A stretch of 49,055 bases of DNA from Intoshia linei (Eukaryota > Animalia > Orthonectida): NCBI GenBank assembly GCA_001642005.1, contig LWCA01000131.1, positions 1 through 49,055 on the forward strand. The letters are read 5' to 3'. Positions 38,942 through 49,055 of the stretch are shown one piece after another. The position numbers and the translations under genes were made by a program. Below the pieces are notes generated by a model. That model worked only from the letters and a program-made list of their open reading frames with translations, was not told the origin of the DNA and did not search any database. Each line of letters starts with the position of its first letter. Positions within the stretch are counted from its first letter, which is position 1.

Positions 38942-41296
38942 ACCATAAAAATTATTTTGTGAATTGTGAACTATGCATAATGCCATATAGCCTTTATGAT
39001 CTCTACATATGTCTGGACTTTGTAGCTTAAATTTGGAAAAATCAAGACACAAAGGCTGGTCTCCAGAACGATAGTTTCGGATCGGATTTACTCATTATGT
39101 GCAATATTCGCATTTTATAATTCCTAATAATCATTTCACTGAACATTGTTCATCAGAGTGAGTGACTAATTATCTTAACTGTAAGTACGTTATCGCGTCA
39201 GTGACGCAATATAGTTAAAAATTTTTTTAGAAAAAGATTTTTAAAGTTTGCATAACTATTATCATTGTTATACGCCCGTTTAAAAAACGCAATTATACCT
39301 ACACGTTTATCGTACAATTTTTTGGTTTTTAGTAAAATTTCAGAGAAAATTCTAGTTTTACCAATCCTAAAAAAAATTTAATTTTATAAACCCTTTAGGG
39401 ATTTTTCTAATTTTACCAAACCTCATGGAAAATTCCACTTTTACCCTAAGGGTTGTATTATTTATGCTTATAAATAAAGCCTCTAGTAGAGAATTCCACA
39501 ACCTTTATATCAATTCAATTCAGCCGCAAAGCTACTTTACTCATTGATACTACGGCCGCTCAAAATTTACTTTGACACTGAGAAAATCTAAATCCATGTT
39601 TGAATATTTGGCCATTCAAAGTGGCTAAAGTCAAAAATGTAACTTTTTGATACAAATATTGAATACAATTGAATTGTCCTTGAATAAAATCTGATTTAAA
39701 TTTTTCAATTTGAAGTAAAATGATATATTGCATTATGATCAGATGGATTACCCACGGTTGCAAGTTGTGCACCTCTGCTATAGTATAAAATTTGATGATA
39801 ATTTTTTTAAACCTTTTTATATAAATTTCAAGTGATTTTAAAAATAAAAAACAAGGAAAATAAAACGATAAAATGTGAAACCGTTAATATTTAAATTATT
39901 ATGGGTAAGAAATTATTTTTTTTCAGTTTAGGGTACCAACTGTAAAATATATTGGGAACCCCTGTACAGTGTACTATAATATAGTCCAGTGATGAAAAGG
40001 TGTGTTTTCGTGTTAAAAATAAACACTTGGTGTATTTTTTATAATAATTCAAAAATATACAAGAAAAAAAATGATAAAAGAAATAGATTCCATAAATAAA
40101 CAAGGTTCATGTGGATATCATTGAAACCTACAAGCTTTGTTCAATGAACATTTTTCATTTCATTGAAACAGTGTTGAAAAATGTTACTCATTTTTACTCA
40201 TGTAGGTACAAATTCATAAAATTTAGTTTAAATTGAAAGTTAGGCAATAATTTTTTATTAGAAAATACGCCAAAAAAATAATTTTCGAATATCATCTCAA
40301 AATTAACACCTCATATTTCATTTGATTGGCATCATTGGTATAGCCAATACAAGTGAGGTTAGAACTTCAAATTAAATGATTACACTAGACTACACAAAAA
40401 AATGCGTCAATAAAATTTATACATTAAAAGAATGAGAATTTAAATCTCATCATGATGATATACACCTTATGATTCGATCATATCAATTTTAGAAATTATT
40501 AGCGAAAAACCCAATTAATTATATTAATCTTTATTCCTATAGAAAAATACTGATATAAAGTTTTATTCGTACACATACAATCAATGATTGTATTAATTTT
40601 TTAAATAATGGAATGCTTTTCTGACAACTATTGTTATATTTGTGGAATATATGTGTTTAAATCGTCTAGAATGTATAATACAACTAATAAATTGATCCAA
40701 GAGAAATACAAACTTACCTACAACCGTTAATTATAATTATAAGAATTAATAATAAATTTATAAAATTAAAGAATTTTTAATTTTATTGTCCAGTGCCAAA
40801 AAATATTTCTTAACTCATAATAGAATATCGTATTCAGTGTATCATTATTCACGATTATATTCAATTGATCCATTTATATTTAATTATATTTAAATTTGAT
40901 TTATTTTCAATTAAAATTGAAAATATAAACAAATACATGTTATTAATACGAAAAATTTAAAATATTTACTGAAAACTGTTAACAATAAAAACATATCTAA
41001 AATAGAAATACGCAGTAATTAACAATAATATAATGTTTTTTGGTGTCATGTCATTGACTGTAGATTTTATAATAATGGAATGTTAGAAATAACCGTTATA
41101 AAACGATTAAAATAAAATTTGGAACAAATTTTGAAACAATAAACTGTTTTAATAAATGGTATAAATATAGCCATTAAATAACAATACAATAACAAAATCT
41201 GTTAGGTCATACATTTACAATCGAAAAAGGAATAATTAATTTCAGAATTTAAAACATTATAATCAATACCAAAAATAAATAAATATATTCAAAATC

Positions 41297-44200
41297 ATGG
41301 AATTCAACGAATCATGGAAAAATTCCAAAAGATATAACCCTAAAGTTTTAATTGGTAATTGGTATGAGGAACAAGATAAACTGCAGGTATGATTAACAGT
41401 TATAATGTGGTTTCATTGTGGTGAAAAATTTACTTTAAAACCCTACATTTATTTACATTGATAAAATGTAAATTCATTTATGACAGTGATCGCTAAAGTG
41501 GGTCGTCGAGATTTATTTACTACTTGATAGATTGAAATTTTTTTACTGATATGTAGTATGGTATAGTACAGCGGTTCCCAAATGAGCTTTTTACCAGTGT
41601 GTCAGGCAGAATCCCTGTGAGTGTCACATTTTTTCCATCACTGATCTATACAATATCCTTACTTATATAATCTGTTTTGTTTTGTTTGTGTGTGTTATCG
41701 TATATTTCAATAACTACCAGTCTAAGAATTTTATAAAGTCCACATTTCAATTATAGTTTTTTTACGGGTCAAAAAGCCAATTGTCCTTTTTTTTGAAAAT
41801 TAAACGAGTTCAAGAATTTAAAAAAAATATATACTAAATTATTATGATAAATATATATAAGATTATTCTGATAGAGCTTATTCCAGTTGATATAAATATA
41901 AAATTTAAACCCAGAAATCTACAAATTCCTGGTAAAAAATAATTTTTAAATATATTATCAGCCAATAATTATCAAATATTTCGATTAAAATAGAAATTGT
42001 AAATATTAATCCTACAATTTCAAAAAAAAATGTGCATTAAACGTCTGCACATTTCCAATAAAGAAATATTGGTGAAAAGCTATATAATTCATTCCTACGA
42101 ATTTTTTTTCATTGCTACGCAATTTTTCATTCTCAAATACTCGTTTACAAAAAATTTAACAAAATTTATTTAAAAACTACAGCAACTAAAAGTACAAATT
42201 TGTTATTATCATTTTTGTATTTATTACAATTGCAATGTTGGTAAAATTTATCCGAAATATGTTTTTAAACTTCTGCTTCCGTTAATTATTAATATAAAAT
42301 TAATATTTTTTAATCATCGAAAGAAGATATTGAATATACATGTTTATTTACAATTATATTTTTTATAGAATTTAAGCTATTTTGACAATTTGTTTTATTT
42401 AATATTTTGGCTTTATTTTTAAGATTATACACTCATTATCTCTAATAAATTGAATAAATGGTATCACAAAATTGTTTTTAAAATTCTATACAAAAATGCT
42501 AACCAAATAAAATTAAGTGGGAATTTTTTATTTTAATAAAAATGTAAATTAAAAGGTAATATGTAAATAATCATTTAGGAATGACTAATTTAAATAATTA
42601 TTAATAATAATTAGCATTTTTAATTAAGTTTTTATTATTGAATTTATTTTTTTGGTACACTTATATAAGTCCGCCCTCGGCAGAGCTAGGTGCTGTTTGT
42701 CTGTACTACAAAACACCCTAGCTAGTTGTTATATAAAAATAATGGCGAAGCCACAAAATGATCGCCGGTCACACGTTGAGAATGACTTGTATGTACTAAT
42801 TTTAATTAATAGCATAATTCGTCATTGCACCGAGTACTTCCAGTTTTTTCTAATGCAAAAAAAATCCGAAAACCAAATTGTGTAAAAATTTTACTATTGA
42901 GAGGCAAAAAAGCTAGAGCAGGATTTACAGTACAAAACGAAAACAAATTGTTTTCAAAACAATCTATGGAATGCCAGAATAATTTCATATCATGGTATGA
43001 TCAAAATTTTAATAGAAAGAGTGAATGCAATCAAACTTTGAGAGAATGGAGCCCAAGTTCTCTTAAATGGGTACCAGAAAAAAATGATTTATTACTTCAC
43101 GGTAAATTTATAAATAAGTACCTTGATTGTACAGTAGTAATTCGATTATGCAAAGTGTGCATTGCACACTCACGATTATACACAGGGCAAAAATCAAAAT
43201 GAACTTTAATTTCAAGAAAATTTCATAACAATTTATAAAAATGTAGAAAATTTATAATTGTTTTAGTGATAAAAAATATTTTACTAAATTTATGTGTGTA
43301 TTATACACAGTGTATAATCGAATTACTATTGTACTTCATACAAAACAGCAATCATACCATTTCACTATATTGTCCACCCGATGAATGTACGGTAATTTTT
43401 ATCACATGCTAATCGGAGTTTGGAAAACAATATTTGCAAATTTCTTTAGATTTGATAGAATCAATATACCATTTTGAGTTGTATTTTTAATGCTTGTTTC
43501 TCCGTTTAATACGAATTTTAATTTTTTAAGTATTGGAAAAAAATCAATAACCCTTTACTGAATAACTTTTATTCTGGGTATAAACATATCGATATGATAA
43601 TAATTACAAACAAATGTGGTAGTATTGCGTAACATATTTATATCACAATGCAACACATTATTATAACATTGAATTTAACATTAACGCATCAATTGTAATT
43701 TGTTATCAATGATAAATTATCATATGTAAGAGAAATGGTATACAATTGTAGTGTAGATGAAAATATTGCAATGATGGTAAGATTATTTTAAATAGTGATA
43801 TCTTTATTACTATTGAATATTTTTTATATATTGGTCCTAATAAGCAACTATCTAACTATACGCCATGAATTACATGTATTAGCTATTTCTGACAATTAAT
43901 ACGATTGTACTGTTTTTACTTAATTTTTAAGATTATACAGTATAAGTTATACTCTCATTCTCTAATAAATTAATTAATCATTGAACACAAGATTGTTTTT
44001 AAGATTCTTTACACAAATTTTAACAAAATAAAATTAAGTGTATTCTCCAATATCAATGTAACTATATCCAATAATTCACTCTAAATTAAAAGGTAATGTA
44101 AAATGATGGGTCCATGGTGAAACAAGTTTGGAAACAACACCTTTAAATGATACCTATTTGTGAATAGTAGCATTTTTAAGTAAGATTTTATTATTTAATT

Positions 44201-44411
44201 TATTTTCTTGGTAGAATTAAAAAATCCACCATCGGCAGAGATAGGTGCTGTTTATACGAAATACATAACGATAATCTAATATAATGATAAAAATTTAGAA
44301 AATAGTACAAATTATGGATTAATACAAAATAAAAAATATCACATTGAATCAGATCCATACACATCAGAATATACAAAAGAATTTAGCAATAAATGTACAT
44401 TATATAATTGA
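41297..44411 (+). CDS. CFAP107/C1orf158-like ciliary microtubule inner protein, 3 exons
   Basis: Exon 41297-41386 (YNPKVLIGNWYEE), exon 42813-43101 (ISWYDQNFNR...LREW...WVPEKND) and exon 44299-44411 (STNYGL...TSEY) are phase-compatible. Confidence 0.78.
41656..42725 (+). mobile_element. Apparently full-length non-autonomous Helitron (~1070 bp) in intron 1 of the CFAP107-like gene
   Basis: A|TCCTTACTTATATAA 5' end followed by a TGTT/TG microsatellite, a GC-rich imperfect hairpin CCCTCGGCAGAGCTAGG near the 3' end, and a terminal CTAG|T. No TSD. Confidence 0.68.
43132..43331. mobile_element. pogo/Tigger-like MITE, 200 bp, TA TSD
   Basis: TA|CAGTAGTAATTCGATTAT ... ATAATCGAATTACTATTG|TA. Confidence 0.75.
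43370..43586 (+). repeat. Direct duplicate of 37588-37803 (exon end, splice donor and intron of the M6PR-like gene)
   Basis: ~216 bp near-identical, from TTGTCCACCCGATGAAT to TTCTGGGTATAAACA. Confidence 0.9.
43880..44265 (+). mobile_element. Helitron-family 3' fragment
   Basis: Matches blocks of 42370-42710 (TTATACACTCATT, AAATAAAATTAAGTG, TCGGCAGAG.TAGGTGCTGTTT). Further 3' fragments lie at ~47040-47190 (-) and ~4360-4430. Confidence 0.6.
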
Positions 44412-45529
44412 TACATGAATAATTTATGTTGAATGAATGTGTAAACAATACATCATTTATCAGGTTGATATGTGTAAATTTTTAACAGAACTACTGGAAA
44501 TTTTCTTGTATGTTTCATAATCATTTTCGCTGCATCAACATAAACCAGATGTCACAAAGGTGGTACACATAAACCTAGGAATATGTCAAAAAGTTATTGA
44601 GGATAAATGGGAACACGAAATTTTAAATTTTATTTTTATTCTTAGAAATATTATATTTTTCTTAATCTTTTCATATAATCTGTAATATCCCAATTACGTC
44701 TGTCGACTTTATGTTTTGTTGTGATTTCTTTTAATTGCAAAATCCCAAAACCCAAAACAATTTTTCATCATAAATACACAATAAAAATTTTCACCAATAA
44801 ATCAGGATCAAAAATAAACACTGATATGACGTCAAAAAATTGTTTCGAATCATTGAAATTATAAACATTTATTTTTTCATGTTGAAATTAAAAATACAAT
44901 GAATTCAATTTTAGTGGAAGTTAGAATACTTTCTACGACGAAACATTAATAAATAACTATAATTTATATTTTTTAAAAGCAAAAATAATATAAAATTTAT
45001 TTATTCAGTCTTTCAGATGCAAAATAGGATTTAAAAAAATATATCGCATGAAACGTATTACGAGATAACTTTGGCTGTCTTTTATAAGAAAATATTAAGA
45101 AGCTGAATACGCCCGTTCATCAATTGCTTCAAAAACTTTAAAATCCTTATGTCGACAATGTCGATTTGACATTGGATGATAAAATTATAAGTGTAAAAAT
45201 TGATAAATGTAGATTTACTATATTGAATCAGACTCAAACTTTCAGTACCTTAAAAACTAGGTAATATATTAAAAATTAATTTTTTTTAAATTACTCATGT
45301 TGAAACATTAATTTAAATATTTACATGTTAATAATTGTGCAATTACAGTTGTACTATTCGATGTATTATCGATCGATGTTTTGAAAAATAATTAATATGT
45401 AAATAAATTAATTATTTTCTAATCTAGAAAATATATGTATGTAAATTACCATGTATAAATAGTACAGTATTCTCTCCACAACTCGCCAACTCCATAACTA
45501 TTTATAATTATGATATAAATTATAATTTA

Positions 45530-46230
45530 TCCTTACTTATATAATGTGCTTTGTTTGTCTGTATGTGTTATCGTTTATTTCTATTACAGTTTTTTCCGGG
45601 TGTTAGTAAAATAGATTTCAACCTGCCAAACTCACATCTTACGGGTCAAAAAGACCAATTGTTCTTTTTTTTGAAAATCAAACGAGTCCTAGAATTTAAA
45701 AAAATTTACAGGTGTTACAGTTATATCCTGTTAACACACACAAAAAATTTCAATCTGAATAAGTGATTCCTTCACGGTCAAAAAAGCATTTTAGTATTCA
45801 TATATTTTTTTTCCAAAATATTTTATTAAAACAAAAAATATGAAATAATTAACGGTCCGAAAATTTGAAAAATAGATTATGCTGATAGAGCTTATTCCAG
45901 TTATTTCCATTTTTTTTAAAATATAAATTAAAACTACAACAACGATTACTACAAGTAATACCACTTTGTTATTATCATTTTTATATTTAATACAATCCTT
46001 TACAATATTAGTAAAATTCGCCTGAAATATGCTTATAAAGTACTTTTAAGTATTTATTAAATTGGTAAATATATTATCACATTGAAAATGATAAAATTGC
46101 TTTTTATAATTTTATTTTTTCTGGAATTAAAAAATATTGTTATATAGAATTAAAATTTATGCCATTTATGACAATTTTAGGATTGGATTGTTTGTACTTT
46201 ATTTTTAATATTATACACTCACTCTTTTCA
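45530..46230 (+). mobile_element. Helitron-family copy lacking the 3' end
   Basis: Starts A|TCCTTACTTATATAATG and shares long blocks with 41656-42450 and 7025-7766. Confidence 0.65.
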
Positions 46231-47539
46231 ATAAATATCAAATAATACTGCATAATATACTTGAAATAATGATTATAATTTAAATTGCATTAAATAATTA
46301 TATAAACTTTTTAAAAAATTGTCCTAAAAGCGTGGTTAATTTCACATACATGTATTTCATTGTTATAAATACTGTAAAATGAACATAATACAGAATAACT
46401 GTCCCGAAATACGAGTATGCCCACACCAAGGTTTTCCACAATGGAATCGGACTGTATAAACATCATGCATATTACGGAATGAACCCATTATTTTCTAACG
46501 TAACGTTTAGCGATCCTTTCATTCGTATTCGTACATCGATCGATTCATATAAAAATTAACATTGGATTGAATATTGTAAATATCAAATATCAACACTTGT
46601 ATTAAAAATGAATAAATAGACCTTACACATAAAGTAAATGTATAATGTAATTTAAGTTAATTACATGTTCAATTTAAACAATGATTATAAGTTTTAATTT
46701 TATTTTAACTGAAATTTTACATAAAAATTTAACAGTAACCGCCAAGGACAGTGATACTGTAATTTTAATCATAATTTTTATTGTACGTCGTAATGTATTC
46801 TAAAGGTTTAAATTTTAGATTGATGAAATTCTTGCAATCTTACTCAAACAAATAGGTAGACAGTATGGTATGATATACTTTTATGTAGTCTTTCAAAAAT
46901 TTGACAAATACCACGAATCGTCAATCAATAACACATTTTCCGAGCAGGGCAGACAGTGAATTTATTTAATTTTTTTCAATTTAACGTAAAAACTTGTTTT
47001 TAAATTATTTATTTATTATAGTATAAACTATGTTGACTGTTATGTACTACGTACAAACAGCACCTAGCTCTGCCGAGCCATATTTTTATTCTGCCAAAAA
47101 AATAAATTCACATTGAAAATCTAACTTAAAAATCTACTATTCACTATTATCAATCTTTTAAAGGAGTGTTTCCCAAACTTATCCGTCAGTGGTCAGGTGG
47201 AACCGTCATATCTAGGGCAATTTTTTAAATAACCTATAAAAAACCTAACGATTGATTTTTAGTAACTTTAAAATTTTTTTTGTATACAACTCTAATTTTA
47301 ATCTTGTTAACTTCAATCGATTAGTTTTCATTTTTTACAAGTATTTTTTATCTGTTTTTATTTCGTACCATTTGAAAATTCAAAATATTTACTAAAATTT
47401 TTTTTCTCTAAAAAAAATAATTTTATATATCCAGTACCTTTATACTTCAGTATCAAATATTCAATATACCAAATATTAATTTAAATGAAGAAAATTAAAC
47501 TATGTAAATTGATAATTAATAGAGTATTTATTGTTGTGA

Positions 47540-48038
47540 TACAAAAATATGTCTTTTTTGATATTTTCAGGTGCGAATGATCTCTGTTTAGTTACCATTT
47601 TTTTAACAGACTAAAACTTCTTTCTACGCTGACAGATGTAGAAGAAGTGTTCCTTAGAGAATGATATAATATTGGGGATTTGTTTGAATCTAAATTATTC
47701 ATAATGGCATATATGTCGTTTTTCGTTAGACGTTTATTAATATAATCCTGTATGCTGCAGGGATCCAAATCAAAGGACAAATGACATAATACATTGTAGG
47801 CCTTTTCTATGCTAAATGATGATTCTTGAGCCATTTTTATTACATCTATTAGAGATAAATATGTACATATTTGAATCAAAGCATTGTCTAATTCAAGTTG
47901 GTTGGCAGCCGCTTTAGCTCGATTTATTATTACTCCATTACCAACTATACCTATATTACAATTTTGTCATATTTGTCAAATTCATCATACTTTTGGAAGT
48001 TTTTGTACATAATATTTACTAGCTGTTAACCATGTACC
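47540..48038 (-). pseudogene. Degraded hAT-like (CGGBP1-related) transposase fragment
   Basis: The minus strand reads GTWLTASKYY (a TRWGTWL-type motif) and later TSVSVERSFSLLK (hAT dimerisation motif). It is frameshifted and cut at 48039 by another element. Confidence 0.65.
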
Positions 48039-48356
48039 CAGAGCCGTTTTAAGGCATGGGCAATATGGTCTGTAGCCCAGGGCCCCTCATTAAAAAAGGC
48101 CCCAAAATTAATAAAAGTACTTTACATTTATATCTTAAAAAGAGGCCCTAATTTAGTAAAAAATACTTCACATTTATATCTTAAGAATCAGTTTATAAGT
48201 TTTTCTAAACTAAAAATAATTAAGAATGAACTTCGAAATTGCTTAGCTCAACCTCGTTTGAATGCGCTCTCCTTAATGTCAATTGAGAATGATATCAGTT
48301 TTGATAATATCATATCTGATTTCTCTCAGAAAAAAGTGAGAAAACAACATTTGTGA
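48039..48356 (+). mobile_element. hAT Tip100/ZMYM-type deletion derivative (left end plus transposase C-terminus)
   Basis: Terminus CAGAGCCGTTTTAAGGCATGGGCAA...GCCCAGGGCCCC. Bases 48198-48356 read SFSKLKIIKNELRNCLAQPRLNALSLMSIENDISFDNIISDFSQKKVRK. Right TIR not found. Confidence 0.7.
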
Positions 48357-48760
48357 AGAATTTTTTGTGACTGCATGGTGTATATTTTCAAATGAAAAAG
48401 TAAACTTTGTTTATTAATTAATGTGGGTAAGTTTTTGTAAAATAAATAAAAGTTACTAGAAACCTACATAACATCTTTTAATGCTTTTATTAATACTCAA
48501 TGAAATAAAACTCTAAGTCTCTAACCAACAGTATGCCCTGTCATCTAAACAGAGACCTAAATTTTTTTTATCCCTTCGCTCGAAATTTTAAAGAACCCCG
48601 GTCCTTTGCTATATATAATATAATATAAAAATAGAATCAAATAAAGAAAAATATGAAATTATAAATTTTATTACTTCCTAATCATGTAATTAATGTTTGA
48701 AGGTTATTCTTTTTTTTAAATTCGTACATATATAAAATATAATATTTGTATATACAATTT

Positions 48761-49055
48761 ATTTTTAACCCTTACGAGACTATGGTGATTTTCAAAATTT
48801 AAAGCAAAAAATTTCACTTTTGAACTGTTAAAAAACTAAACTAAAACTAAAAATTCGATTAATTTTATTGACTTTATACAATTGTGAGCCTGTAATTTTG
48901 CACGAAATTATAAATGCTAGAAAGTAGTTTTTAAATTAATAAGTTACGTTGATAGTGCTAATTTTTTCATTTTAAATGCAATTTTTAACCCTTACGAGAC
49001 AATGCTGATTTTCAAAATTGAAAGCAAAAAATTTCACTTTTGAAATGTTAAAAAA
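48761..49055 (+). repeat. 220-bp-period direct repeat beginning with a piggyBac-like end (TTAA-CCCTT)
   Basis: ATTTTTAACCCTTACGAGAC...AAATTTCACTTTTGAA at 48761 and 48981. The second copy runs off the window. Confidence 0.65.

Noticed and set aside
39195-39207. Palindrome GCGTCAGTGACGC (paired CRE half-sites)
   Set aside because: A single 13-bp motif with no associated transcription start; it may be chance.
41653-41662. ATATCCTT as a U12 (AT-AC) intron donor
   Set aside because: It is the 5' end of the repeated Helitron-like family and lies inside a normal GT-AG intron.
44430-45260. Coding-like fragments including an in-frame TGA (possible selenoprotein)
   Set aside because: There are multiple stops in every frame, no recognisable family, and no evident SECIS; it cannot be supported.

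Overview
This is a very AT-rich eukaryotic (animal) genomic window, not a prokaryotic locus. Genes are spliced (GT-AG). Many introns are only about 32-41 bp and alternate with introns of 0.5-3 kb inflated by transposons. That architecture, together with the highly divergent metazoan proteins, resembles a compact parasite genome such as the orthonectid Intoshia linei (inference, not verified). Eight protein-coding genes can be assembled by hand from exons: an ARF GTPase (-), an allatostatin-A/galanin-type GPCR (+), CDC73/parafibromin (-), MRPL16 (+), an RCCD1-like RCC1-repeat protein (-), an ATF6-like membrane-bound bZIP factor (+), a cation-dependent mannose-6-phosphate-receptor-like protein (+) and a CFAP107/C1orf158-like ciliary protein (+). 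The rest is dominated by DNA transposons: a full-length but dead Tc1-like element with a DD37E triad, non-autonomous Helitrons, hAT remnants and MITEs (several nested), pogo-like and CACTA-like MITEs, piggyBac-like ends, and a dispersed ~29-bp minisatellite. I found no CRISPR array, rRNA or tRNA, and no convincing wholly new multi-gene system. The best leads are the DD37E element killed mainly by Trp-to-stop changes without frameshifts, a copied exon/intron junction of the M6PR-like gene inside a neighbouring gene, and functional-motif substitutions in the GPCR, M6PR-like and ATF6-like proteins. All homology calls are by-eye motif recognition; no database search was run.
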